Below are positions 28,827-38,675 of a DNA stretch of 64,000 nucleotides, one piece after another. The stretch's first letter is position 1. Each line of letters starts with the position of its first letter. The notes below the pieces were generated by a model. That model saw nothing but the letters and a program-made list of their open reading frames with translations, was not told the origin of the DNA and made no database searches. Origin of the DNA: a bacterium. GTDB taxonomy: Bacteria > UBA8248. The stretch covers positions 2,752,001-2,816,000 of the forward strand of contig CBDBZU010000004.1 of assembly GCA_965213625.1 (NCBI GenBank), in the 5' to 3' direction. Position numbers and translations under genes: made by a program.

Positions 28827-29180
28827 ATGAGCAATTCTCGTATGCTGCGCGTAGCGGAACTCATTCAATCCGAACTCGCGAATATGGTTATGAGGGATGT
28901 AAAAGATCCGCGTGTGCAACATGTTGTAATTACTCGAGTGGAAGTGTCCCCTGATTTGAGAGTTGCGAAGGTCTACTTTAGCCGATACGGTGAAAATCAA
29001 GGGAATGTGGAAGAGATGGAAGAAGGTTTGAAGGGACTCGAACGCGCCAGTGGATTCTTACAGATGAAACTTGCCGAGCGTTTGAAATTGAAAAGTACAC
29101 CCAAGCTGAAATTCTTCGTCGACCACAGTTTGGCATATAGCGCCGAAATTGAACGGGTATTATCGGATTTAAAGAGGTAA
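28827..29180 (+). CDS. rbfA: Ribosome-binding factor A
   Basis: RVAELIQ, KDPRV, VSPDLRVAKVY, TPKLKF. Confidence 0.95.
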   Translation: MSNSRMLRVAELIQSELANMVMRDVKDPRVQHVVITRVEVSPDLRVAKVYFSRYGENQGNVEEMEEGLKGLERASGFLQMKLAERLKLKSTPKLKFFVDHSLAYSAEIERVLSDLKR

Positions 29181-29201
29181 GTTCAAAAAAAGGGTTAGAT
29201 T

Positions 29202-30128
29202 TTGGAACTCTCGGGTGTTTTGAATCTGAAGAAAATGCATGGTCCTACTTCACACGATATGGTTGAAGAAGTGAGAAAACTTCTTCCCAGAAAAACAAAA
29301 GTGGGGCATGCAGGTACACTTGACCCTATGGCCGAAGGGGTATTGCCAATTTGCATTGGCCCCTCGACGAAATTATTCTCATATTTTTTAGAGTGCAAGA
29401 AAACGTATCGGGCTGTCATGTTGTTTGGTCGAGTCACAGATACCCAGGATATTACGGGAAAATTGTTGGCCGAATCTGAGCCAGGGGAGATTACAATAGC
29501 TCGAGCCCAGGAACTACTGAATTCGATGCATGGCAAGACAGAGCAGATGCCTCCAATGTATTCCGCTTTGAAATCCAATGGAAAGCGATTACACGAATTA
29601 GCGCGTTCTGGCAAGGAAATTGAAAGAGACAAGCGGCCCATAGAAGTGTTCAAGATCAAGACAATTGGCATAGTAGGTCCCCAACTTACCTTTGATGTCA
29701 CCTGCTCTCGGGGAACATACATTCGCTCGATATGTCATGATGTCGGGGCCAGCCAAGGGGCCGGCGGATGTTTGCAAGCGCTCACGCGAACCGCTTTGGG
29801 CCCGTTTGAAATCGCGGATTCTTTTTCTCTTGAAGATGTTCAACGCTATTCGAGAGAAAGTCGCCTTAATGATATTCTTATCAGTCCTGCACAGGCTCTC
29901 GCGCATTTACCTGCCATCCATGTACACCCGAGAGCGGAGGTGCGGGTGCTGAATGGCGCTATGATCAGGTTTGAAGATGTTCGGGAAGCTGTTGATTTGC
30001 CAGTAGATACTCGTGTCCGTATGCTGAATGAACCGGGAGAGTTATTGGCGGTCGGGAAGATGGTCCATGAAAATGCACGAAAACGAAACCAGGGGTTTGT
30101 GGCGCCTGAAAAAGTGTTTGTCACCTAG
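29202..30128 (+). CDS. truB: tRNA pseudouridine(55) synthase
   Basis: KVGHAGTLDPMAEGVL, PPMYSALK, CSRGTYIRS. Confidence 0.96.
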   Translation: MELSGVLNLKKMHGPTSHDMVEEVRKLLPRKTKVGHAGTLDPMAEGVLPICIGPSTKLFSYFLECKKTYRAVMLFGRVTDTQDITGKLLAESEPGEITIARAQELLNSMHGKTEQMPPMYSALKSNGKRLHELARSGKEIERDKRPIEVFKIKTIGIVGPQLTFDVTCSRGTYIRSICHDVGASQGAGGCLQALTRTALGPFEIADSFSLEDVQRYSRESRLNDILISPAQALAHLPAIHVHPRAEVRVLNGAMIRFEDVREAVDLPVDTRVRMLNEPGELLAVGKMVHENARKRNQGFVAPEKVFVT

Positions 30129-30152
30129 ATTCAAGAGAAAATACGTTCTGTA

Positions 30153-30181
30153 TTTACATTGATGGAAAAGTTGTATAGAAT
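30153..30181 (+). promoter_or_regulatory. Putative sigma70 promoter of rpsO-pnp
   Basis: TTTACA-17 nt-TAGAAT. Confidence 0.6.
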
Positions 30182-30262
30182 CCGCCCGTTTTCAAGAAGT
30201 TACACCAATGTGGCTCGGCAGTATCGAGAGCGACGATATAAGCAGTGGAGGAAGTGACAGAA

Positions 30263-30532
30263 ATGCCCCTAGCAAAGGAGCGAAAATCGGAAGTTATTGA
30301 AAAATTTCGCACACATGACACCGATACCGGTTCACCAGAAGTGCAGGTAGCTATCCTAACCGAGCGTATTACCTACCTCACAGACCATTTCAAGACCCAC
30401 AAGAAAGATCATCATTCCCGAAGAGGGTTATTGAAACTCGTGGGTCAGCGGCGTCGCCTCCTTGATTATTTGAAAGAGAAAGACATCAACCGCTACCGCA
30501 CGATCATTCAAGATCTTGGCCTGCGTCGCTAG
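30263..30532 (+). CDS. rpsO: 30S ribosomal protein S15
   Basis: [33 protein letters not shown]. Confidence 0.98.
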   Translation: MPLAKERKSEVIEKFRTHDTDTGSPEVQVAILTERITYLTDHFKTHKKDHHSRRGLLKLVGQRRRLLDYLKEKDINRYRTIIQDLGLRR

Positions 30533-30564
30533 ATGCGGGTCTTGCCTCAGAGGGAAGCTATCTA

Positions 30565-32700
30565 ATGTCACCGTATCGTAAAGACATATCTATCAATGGT
30601 TATACTCTTGCTTTTGAAACAGGTGAGATAGCCAAGCAAGCCGGTGGCGCCGTAATGATGCATTATGGTGAAACCAGTGTGCTGTGTACGGCTTGCGCCT
30701 CGCACTCAACTCGTGAAGGGATAGATTTTTTCCCGCTTACGGTTGACTACCGAGAATTTTTCTACGCAGCAGGAATTATTCCCGGCAACTTTTTTCGGCG
30801 CGAAGCAAGGCCTGGCGAGAGGGAAACATTAACTTGTCGATTAATCGATAGGCCAATCCGTCCTCTTTTCCCTAAGGAATTTCGTTGTGAGACGATGATT
30901 CAAGTCATGGTCATGTCTTACGATAAGTTGAATGATTCCGACATTTTGGCAATCAATGGCACATCCGCCGCCCTTCACATTTCAGATATCCCTTTCGCCG
31001 GTCCTATCGGTGCAGTTCGCGTTGGACGAATTGATGGCGAAATTATTGTCAATCCGACAGTCGAACAACAAATTGACAGCGATCTGAATTGTGTAATGGC
31101 CGGCACATCGGACGCGATAGTCATGGTGGAAGCCGGCAGCTTTGAAGTTTCCGAAGACGTATATATGGAAGTGTTTGAGCAAGGGCATGCGGTAATAAAA
31201 GAATTATGTGCATTGCAGGATGCACTCAGGGCCGAATGCGGGAAACAAAAACGCGTCATCGAAACTGAGGAAGAAAATACGGAACTTTTGGAGAAGGTTC
31301 GTGAAATTGTTGCACCAAAATTAAATGCAGCTGCCGAAATTCACGATAAGGCAGGACAATATGACGCAATAGATGAGGCGAAAGCTGCTGTAGTCGACTC
31401 TCTTTGTACAGACGAGGATGGGGCTCCTGATAAAGGCGATGTCTCTGAATGTTTTGGGAAAATCGAAAAAGAAGTATTCCGTGGTTTGATTTTGGATGAG
31501 GGGAAACGTTCAGACGGTCGGGGGCTTCGTGACGTCAGGCCGATTACCATCAGAATGTCGCCCCTTGCCAGGCCCCATGGCAGCTCATTGTTTACACGGG
31601 GCGAGACCCAGGCGTTGGTGACTGTAACGTTGGGTACCGCCTCCGAAGCGCAATTGATAGACACCCTGGATGGCAAAGCCGACAGAACTTTTCTCCTGCA
31701 CTATAATTTTCCCGGATTTAGCGTTGGGGAAGCGAAGCCGAACCGCGGCCCTGGTCGTCGCGAGATAGGACACGGCGCACTTGCTTCTCGCGCCGTGCAG
31801 GCGATTTTGCCTGAGCAGGAAGATTTCCCCTATACAATCCGGGTAGTTTCAGACATCACGGAGAGCAACGGCAGTTCATCCATGGCGAGTATCTGTGGCG
31901 CCAGTCTGGCCCTGATGAGTGCGGGCGTACCGATAACATCACCAGTAGCCGGCATTGCCATGGGTTTGATCAGTGAAGAATCCACAGGAAGAACGGCAAT
32001 ACTCACGGATATCCTTGGTCTGGAAGATCATTTAGGGGATATGGATTTCAAGGTTGGTGGTACGCGCCATGGCATTACTGCCCTTCAAATGGATATCAAA
32101 ATCAAAGGCCTGCAATTGAGTCTCGTGAAAGATGCATTGTCACAGGCCAACGATGCGAGAATGCATGTACTTGATCAGATGGATAAAGTGATTTCTCAGC
32201 CAAGCGAAGAGATTTCCCCTTACGCGCCGAGGATTATGACGATTCAGGTCTCGAAAGATCGCGTGAGAGATGTGATTGGACCAGGCGGAAAAGTCATTCG
32301 TGGAATTGTCGAGGAAACGGGGGCGGATGTCGATATTGAAGATGACGGAACCATCTTCATTTCCTCCACAGATGAGGCGGCTGCTCTCAGGGCGATTGAA
32401 ATCATTCGTGAACTGACTCAGGAAGCCGAGAAAGGCACGATTTACCATGGGACAGTCAGAAAAATCATGGATTTTGGAGCATTCGTCGAAATTTTCCCGG
32501 GAACGGATGGCCTTTGTCATATCAGCATGATTGCCAAGAAGAGAATTGGTTCAGTGAGTGATGTCTTGAAAGAAGGCCAGAAGGTTTTGGTGAAATGCAT
32601 TGAAGTGGAAGGGAATGGGAGAATCCGTCTCTCCATGAAAGATGTGACAGAAGAAGAGTTGCCCGAAGAATGGAAGCAATTCTATGCACCCGTGACTTGA
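30565..32700 (+). CDS. pnp: Polyribonucleotide nucleotidyltransferase
   Basis: [49 protein letters not shown]; KH and S1 domains. Confidence 0.98.
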   Translation: MSPYRKDISINGYTLAFETGEIAKQAGGAVMMHYGETSVLCTACASHSTREGIDFFPLTVDYREFFYAAGIIPGNFFRREARPGERETLTCRLIDRPIRPLFPKEFRCETMIQVMVMSYDKLNDSDILAINGTSAALHISDIPFAGPIGAVRVGRIDGEIIVNPTVEQQIDSDLNCVMAGTSDAIVMVEAGSFEVSEDVYMEVFEQGHAVIKELCALQDALRAECGKQKRVIETEEENTELLEKVREIVAPKLNAAAEIHDKAGQYDAIDEAKAAVVDSLCTDEDGAPDKGDVSECFGKIEKEVFRGLILDEGKRSDGRGLRDVRPITIRMSPLARPHGSSLFTRGETQALVTVTLGTASEAQLIDTLDGKADRTFLLHYNFPGFSVGEAKPNRGPGRREIGHGALASRAVQAILPEQEDFPYTIRVVSDITESNGSSSMASICGASLALMSAGVPITSPVAGIAMGLISEESTGRTAILTDILGLEDHLGDMDFKVGGTRHGITALQMDIKIKGLQLSLVKDALSQANDARMHVLDQMDKVISQPSEEISPYAPRIMTIQVSKDRVRDVIGPGGKVIRGIVEETGADVDIEDDGTIFISSTDEAAALRAIEIIRELTQEAEKGTIYHGTVRKIMDFGAFVEIFPGTDGLCHISMIAKKRIGSVSDVLKEGQKVLVKCIEVEGNGRIRLSMKDVTEEELPEEWKQFYAPVT

Positions 32701-32723
32701 TGCTCCCAGGTTTTGATGTGTGC

Positions 32724-32751
32724 ACCGGTCTCCCAGGAGGCCGGTTTTTTT
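32724..32751 (+). terminator. Rho-independent terminator after pnp
   Basis: ACCGGTCTC-CCAG-GAGGCCGGT followed by a T-run. Confidence 0.85.
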
Positions 32752-32837
32752 CATCTGCTCTTACAAGAAAGAGAAACAGGTCATTACTTGATTCGGTATC
32801 TGTCTAGACAACTTTTCAAGGAAATTCAGAGGGTAAA

Positions 32838-33926
32838 ATGGACAAAAAAGCATTAGGTGTGGGTGTTGTAGGTTCTGGCAGAATAGGGACCTTGAGAGCA
32901 AATCTTGTCTCGCATCATCCGTCTCTTGAATTTTTGGCGGTATCGGACATCGATCAGGAGCGGGCGAAGGAATTGGGGGGCAAGGTAGGCGCCCAACTCG
33001 CTACTGGTAAAAATGAAGAAGTAATTGAACACCCGGACGTCACGACCGTCATCGTATCCACGCCTGAGCATGATCACGCCGATTCCATCATCCATGCCCT
33101 GGAATTGGGCAAGCCTGTGTTGGTGGAAAAACCGATTTCCCTGACCTTGGAAGATGCAGACCGCATACTCTCGGTTGCCGAGAGGACAGGAACTGAACTC
33201 AGGGTAGGTTATGCCCAAAGGTTCAAACGTCGGTACCAGATGGCGAAAGAACAAATTATTCAAGGAAGGCTTGGAGAAATCCTCGCAGGCACGGGTCGAA
33301 CCTGTAACACCCGCGCACAGGGATTACAGATACTGAAGCGCTCCCCGCACGCAACGCCTGTGCTCGACGTGCTCACGTATTGGGTGGATATGGCCTGCTG
33401 GTTCATGGAAGGTCATCGCCCGGTGGAAGTAGTCGCTCGTGGAAACGGCAAAATATATAAAGAACACGGCTATTCGGCGAACGACGTCACCTGGTCTATC
33501 GTCACCTTTGACAATGGGGCTGTAATGAATTTGGGCGTTTTTTACGCCCTGCCCGCGAAATACCCGGCACTCGGCCAAAGCGTGAGGATGGAGATTTACG
33601 GTACGGACGGCGTCTTGATGCTTGATGAAGACCATAAGGATGAGATGCTGTACACCGATAAGGGAATTCCGCACACTTATATACCGGATCATCACATCAA
33701 CACGGCATTTTTAAGCAGTACGACACCTGGTGACTGGGCGGCGGGTGATTATTGGGGTCCTCTGGGTGATGAAACAAGGAGTTGGCTGGATCATGTCATC
33801 AACGGAAGGCCGACAACCCACGCCACTGCCGAGGATGCGCGCCAAACCCTGGAAGTGACGATAGCGATGGAATTGTCTTCTCAAACCGGAGAAGCCGTGC
33901 AATTGCCATTGGGTGAAGGGCATTAA
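32838..33926 (+). CDS. Gfo/Idh/MocA family oxidoreductase
   Basis: VGSGRIG, STPEHDH, VLVEKP. Confidence 0.92.
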   Translation: MDKKALGVGVVGSGRIGTLRANLVSHHPSLEFLAVSDIDQERAKELGGKVGAQLATGKNEEVIEHPDVTTVIVSTPEHDHADSIIHALELGKPVLVEKPISLTLEDADRILSVAERTGTELRVGYAQRFKRRYQMAKEQIIQGRLGEILAGTGRTCNTRAQGLQILKRSPHATPVLDVLTYWVDMACWFMEGHRPVEVVARGNGKIYKEHGYSANDVTWSIVTFDNGAVMNLGVFYALPAKYPALGQSVRMEIYGTDGVLMLDEDHKDEMLYTDKGIPHTYIPDHHINTAFLSSTTPGDWAAGDYWGPLGDETRSWLDHVINGRPTTHATAEDARQTLEVTIAMELSSQTGEAVQLPLGEGH

Positions 33927-34053
33927 AGGCAGAACAATACAAACGGGGCGCACCCCTCGTCAGGATAATATGCCCCTAACTATTTGATTTGTTTCCTGTT
34001 TTGCATCCTCGCAAAATACACATTTAATCGTAATCGTGGTCCTGCTATTTCAT

Positions 34054-35055
34054 CTAGGCGTTTGCTTTGATCTCGGAATAATCCTTCGTGTAGTTGGGGG
34101 TCGGGGTTGCTCCTTGTCCTTGAATAATGTGAATTTTCCCTTCGGTGCGGTCGGCATTGCGGAATCCGCGCTGGACACCGGTGGGCACCCAGCAGGCATC
34201 CCATGGATCGAGAACGGCCTGATGGGTTTCCCCGCGCTCGTCAGCCCAATAGACGACCCATCTGCCCTCTAAAGCGATAAAAAGTTCCTCACACGGGTGG
34301 TCATGAAGCGGTGCGCCGCGGCCATTGCCGCATTCCACCATCGCGTATCCAATCTCTCCTTCGGATAGAGATGGCGGTGGGCCCTCTTCCGTATCCCCCG
34401 ATACGCCACCGATATAACGTCTCAGAGAACGTACTCCCTCCGGGAGTTTCGCTTCGTGATAAACGCTCCAGTTGCGAGGACATTCATCAAAACGGACGAA
34501 CTGGGTGGCCGGGTCATAGGCGGGTTTTTTGACGTATGCTTCGGTACGAGCGCCATCCGGCAAACCTTCTTGCAGCGAGTCTGGGTAGACGGGATATTGG
34601 TAGTCACCTTGGCCGTGTATGAAATGAATGAAACCATCTTCTTTCCCGACGTTTCTGAACCCGCGCATGATACCTGAGGGCACGCGGATAAGATCGTATT
34701 TGCCCAGAGTGACGCTTTTGGGAGCATTGGTTTCGAATTCCTCCCAAAATATCTCGAATTCACCTTCCCAGACCATGAAAATCTCTTCATCCGGGTGATC
34801 GTGAAGCGGTGCGCCGTTTTGGGGTGGAGCCATGGCGATTCCGCAGGTGAATTCCCAGCCGGGAAGGGGAGAGCGAAGATTTTGTCCCGAAATACCTCCA
34901 ATGTATCGGTAAATCGCCCGGTGATTCCCCTCCATATTTGATTCATGATATTCCCCCCAATCGGGTATCATTTCACCAAAGCGTATCACTGTAACCGGCG
35001 CAACGGTTGTTTTGGGTCGTGGAGCTTGCTGATTTGAATTATTGGAAGTATTCAT
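34054..35055 (-). CDS. Bicupin protein
   Basis: Two repeats of GAPLHDHPxEExF...VPxGxxRGFRN. Confidence 0.88.
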   Translation of the reverse strand: MNTSNNSNQQAPRPKTTVAPVTVIRFGEMIPDWGEYHESNMEGNHRAIYRYIGGISGQNLRSPLPGWEFTCGIAMAPPQNGAPLHDHPDEEIFMVWEGEFEIFWEEFETNAPKSVTLGKYDLIRVPSGIMRGFRNVGKEDGFIHFIHGQGDYQYPVYPDSLQEGLPDGARTEAYVKKPAYDPATQFVRFDECPRNWSVYHEAKLPEGVRSLRRYIGGVSGDTEEGPPPSLSEGEIGYAMVECGNGRGAPLHDHPCEELFIALEGRWVVYWADERGETHQAVLDPWDACWVPTGVQRGFRNADRTEGKIHIIQGQGATPTPNYTKDYSEIKANA

Positions 35056-35214
35056 TTTTGGTCCCCCTCAATGGTGAGAATTACCACATCTCCAACCACG
35101 CATTTGCTGTAAGTGGTGATTCGGGCGAATATGTTATCACCATCGCAGGAGTATTTCTATCCTGGATTTTCGGGTGATTTGTGAAGAAAAGTTTTATAAA
35201 TCAGAGGGCATCGA

Positions 35215-36891
35215 ATGATTCTAAACATTAGAATATTTGCCATAATTTTCGTGGTTTTGGGGGTTCTCCCAACTTCCGCCATTGGACAATCTGCAGATAT
35301 CGCCCTGGTGAACGGGAAAGTGTTGACGGTCGACGCGAATTTCTCCACTCAACAGGCGGTGGCCATCCAGGGCGACCGAATTGTGTCTGTGGGGGGTGAT
35401 TCCCAGGTAAAGCAACTTATTGAATCCAATACGAAAGTGATTGATCTTCAAAGCAAAACGATGATCCCGGGTCTGATTGACAACCATGTTCATTTTATCC
35501 GTCATGCGTTGCGCTGGGAGCACGAAGCAAGAATCGATGGGGTAACTTCGCGTCAAAAAGCGCTAGACATCATATCCGCCAAGGCGAAGTCGCTGAAACG
35601 TGGTGAGTGGGTGCTCATCATCGGTGGCTGGAGCCCGGATCAATTTCGCGATAAGACGGGGTTGTTTACGAAAGCGGAGTTGGATAGAGCCGCCCCGAAC
35701 AATCCGGTATTCATCCAGCAGTCATACAGACTCATGATCCTGAACAGCTTGGCTCTCAAGAAGGCGGGCATCGATGAGAATTTTGATGCTCCGAGAGGCT
35801 GGCGGATAGCCAGAACGGCATCCGGCGTTCCCACGGGCGTTATTCGTGGTCGTCGGGCCATCTTCCGGTTCTGGCGTCGTGAACTGCCGAAAATTACAGA
35901 CGACAAAACCATATCAGGCCTGAAAAAACTGATGGCGGACTTTAACCGTACTGGCGTGACGAGCGTTTTCGAACTGGGCGGCGGCGGGGTTCGGGACACG
36001 ACTTACAAGATGATCAAGCAAAGACTGGCTGATAACGACGGCCTCACGCTGAGGATATTTCACACACCTCGCTTTCGGGCTCGAACACCTGAGAAAAACA
36101 AGAGAGTTATTCAGAGAATTCGAAACACGCGTCCTGAGAAATCTGCGAAGATGATGGGTAATATTGCGCTTGGCGAGCATATGTATGCACGAATTCACGA
36201 TTCTGCATTCAGGCCGTCTCGATACCCGGATGAGGATTATGCTGAATTTGCAAAGGTTTCCCGGGCGGCGGCGGATGGGGGATGGACGATTCACGAACAT
36301 GCTTTTCGCGATACCACGATTACGCGGTATCTGGATATTTTCGAGAAAATCAATCAGAAAAAGAACATAACGAATCTGCGCTGGTCGATTCATCACGCGG
36401 ATTTCATCTCGAAAAGAAATATCGAGCGCGTGAAAGCGCTCGGGATGACTCTGGCGCTGCACAGCAAGATGACGATTCTGGGCTCCGCACTGAGGCGAAG
36501 GTTGGGGGACCGCGCGCTCTCGCTGCCGCCACTTAGGACAGTTCAGAATAGCGGGGTCATATGGGGACTCGGCACGGACGCCGGCGTCGTGGCCCCTTAT
36601 CCGCCGATGCTTTCCCTGTGGTGGGCCGTGACGGGCATGGATTTGGGCGGGGAGAGGGCGCTTTCGGAGGCCGAAACCGTTTCCAGGAAAAACGCGCTCA
36701 TCGCCCACACGCGTTCGAACGCGTACCTGTTTTTCAAGGAAAATGAACTGGGCTCCATCGAAAAGGGCAAACTCGCGGACCTCGTCGTGCTTGACCGCGA
36801 TTACATGAATATACCTGCAGATCAAATCAAGGACATCAAGCCCTTGCTCACGATGGTCGGGGGAAGGTTGGTGTTCCGGTCGGAAATATGA
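35215..36891 (+). CDS. Secreted amidohydrolase (YtcJ/NfdA-like, Amidohydro_3)
   Basis: Signal peptide; PGLIDNHVH, GTDA, GSIEKGKLADLVVLD. Confidence 0.88.
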   Translation: MILNIRIFAIIFVVLGVLPTSAIGQSADIALVNGKVLTVDANFSTQQAVAIQGDRIVSVGGDSQVKQLIESNTKVIDLQSKTMIPGLIDNHVHFIRHALRWEHEARIDGVTSRQKALDIISAKAKSLKRGEWVLIIGGWSPDQFRDKTGLFTKAELDRAAPNNPVFIQQSYRLMILNSLALKKAGIDENFDAPRGWRIARTASGVPTGVIRGRRAIFRFWRRELPKITDDKTISGLKKLMADFNRTGVTSVFELGGGGVRDTTYKMIKQRLADNDGLTLRIFHTPRFRARTPEKNKRVIQRIRNTRPEKSAKMMGNIALGEHMYARIHDSAFRPSRYPDEDYAEFAKVSRAAADGGWTIHEHAFRDTTITRYLDIFEKINQKKNITNLRWSIHHADFISKRNIERVKALGMTLALHSKMTILGSALRRRLGDRALSLPPLRTVQNSGVIWGLGTDAGVVAPYPPMLSLWWAVTGMDLGGERALSEAETVSRKNALIAHTRSNAYLFFKENELGSIEKGKLADLVVLDRDYMNIPADQIKDIKPLLTMVGGRLVFRSEI

Positions 36892-37055
36892 GTTTTGGGC
36901 TACCTTTGTATCTATTAGATATATCAGAAGTTAAACTCTTTCCTCACGGCATCGAGTAATTGAATTTGACGGCAAGAATCGGATAGAAGACTCCCGGCGT
37001 GGCGATTACATTGTGGTGAATATGTAATGGCTCATACCTTATGGGAGGCGAGGAA

Positions 37056-38099
37056 ATGAACGCGAACGCTCAGTGGGAAGCGATTCTCAATCGGGACGTG
37101 AATGCTGATGGCCGCTTCGTATACGCCGTTCGCACCACCGGAATCTATTGCCGTCCTTCATGCGCAAGCCGGAAGCCAAATAAAAACAATGTGTTAATCT
37201 TCAAATTCCCGGAAATGGCCGAAGGGCGCGGGTTCAGGCCATGTCTGCGGTGCGTACCGCAGGATGCGGGCTACGATCCGCGACTCGGGAAGGTGAGAGA
37301 TGCCGTTCGCTACATCGAGGAACACGCGGATGAAAACCCGACGCTTGAGGTGTTGGGGCGGGTTGTGGGTGCCAGTCCACATCATCTGCAACGCACCTTC
37401 AAGCGGGCCCTGGGCGTGAGCCCCCGGCAGTATCTCGAATCCCTTAAAGCGCAGAATTACAAGAATTTACTGAAAAACGGACGCGACATCGCAGGCGCAG
37501 GCTATGAGGCAGGGTACGGCTCTAGCAGGGGGGTGTATGAGGGCGCCTCTCGTTATATGGGGATGACGCCGGCCACCTATAAAACGGGTGGAGCAGGCCT
37601 TTCGATACGCTATGGAACCACCAAATGCCGCCTGGGGACTTTGCTGGTGGCGGCTACGGACAGGGGAGTCTGCCGTGTGAGTATCGGGGATACTACCGGC
37701 GAACTCGTATCCGATCTTGAGAACGAATATCCCCATGCGAATCTGAACCGTAGCGATGATGAATTAAAGGAATACTTGATATCTGTCGCGAGCCTCGCCA
37801 AAGGTGATGAACTCTCTGGATCCTTGCCGCTCGATGTGCGAGCCAGCGCGTTTCAGTGCCGCGTGTGGGAGCGGCTTAAATCCATTCCCCTTGGAAATAC
37901 AATGACATACAAGGAGATAGCCGAAGACTTAGGGAATCCCAAAGGCGCGCGGGCGGTAGGGAGCGCATGCGCGCAGAATCCGGTGGCGCTGCTCGTTCCC
38001 TGCCACCGCGTGGTCCGGGGAGACGGCGGTCTCGCGGGCTACCGCTGGGGTGTGGAGCGCAAGAGAAGGCTCCTGGATATGGAGAAGAAACAGAGGTAA
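37056..38099 (+). CDS. ada: Bifunctional transcriptional activator / O6-methylguanine-DNA methyltransferase Ada
   Basis: TTGIYCRPSC, FRPCLRC, AraC HTH, PCHRV. Confidence 0.95.
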   Translation: MNANAQWEAILNRDVNADGRFVYAVRTTGIYCRPSCASRKPNKNNVLIFKFPEMAEGRGFRPCLRCVPQDAGYDPRLGKVRDAVRYIEEHADENPTLEVLGRVVGASPHHLQRTFKRALGVSPRQYLESLKAQNYKNLLKNGRDIAGAGYEAGYGSSRGVYEGASRYMGMTPATYKTGGAGLSIRYGTTKCRLGTLLVAATDRGVCRVSIGDTTGELVSDLENEYPHANLNRSDDELKEYLISVASLAKGDELSGSLPLDVRASAFQCRVWERLKSIPLGNTMTYKEIAEDLGNPKGARAVGSACAQNPVALLVPCHRVVRGDGGLAGYRWGVERKRRLLDMEKKQR

Positions 38100-38281
38100 T
38101 ATCAATTATTTAGGTGGTATATCCTGATTTTCGTTTTACCCGGAATCCCGCCGGTTTTGCGGACGCAATTCCCCGCATTTGCCTTTGCGCAAAGGCCTCC
38201 CGGGCCGTAGTATATTCACGCTGTTTCTGCGGGTGGAGGATTATCGCCCGCGCACTACCCCGCAACTTCCCGCATTTCCCC

Positions 38282-38342
38282 TCGGTAATTTATCGAAAAA
38301 CCCCGTGAATTTATCTAATTTTATCGATATTTTCAGAAATTC
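38282..38342 (-). repeat. 61-nt AT-rich non-coding motif, copy B (inverted relative to A)
   Basis: Reverse complement matches 19985-20045 at 50/61. Confidence 0.8.
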
Positions 38343-38497
38343 AGGTGGCAATTTCGAGCCTGCTGCTCACTCGAAATTTGAACCGGACGCACCACGAATA
38401 CAGGTCTCGTTCGGGAGATTTTTCAGGAACTGGATGCAGGCTGCTTGTAGCGCGACCTGTCCTTAGAAATGAGAACCACGGAATCCATCACGAGGGC

Positions 38498-38616
38498 GGG
38501 CGGACACGAGGGACCGCCCCTGCGAAACCATCGCGCACCCTGCCTCCGCCCGCTGAATGGGCAATCCCCCGTGGTTGTCCCTATTCAGGAGGACAGGCGC
38601 AGGGGCCTGTCCCTGC
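38498..38616. repeat. Cluster of three degenerate GTAG/GCAG-type REP palindromes
   Basis: GGGCGGACACGAGGGACCGCCCCTGC (38498-38523), GGGCAATCCCCCGTGGTTGTCCC (38559-38581), GGACAGGCGCAGGGGCCTGTCCCTGC (38591-38616). Confidence 0.7.
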
Positions 38617-38675
38617 ATGCCTGATACGGATTGCGCCCGATGATGGAAATTCCGCCGTGTGATGCAAGCGCCGCC

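Noticed and set aside
30182-30262. rpsO (S15) autoregulatory leader
   Set aside because: The position fits, but I could not match a known leader structure by eye.
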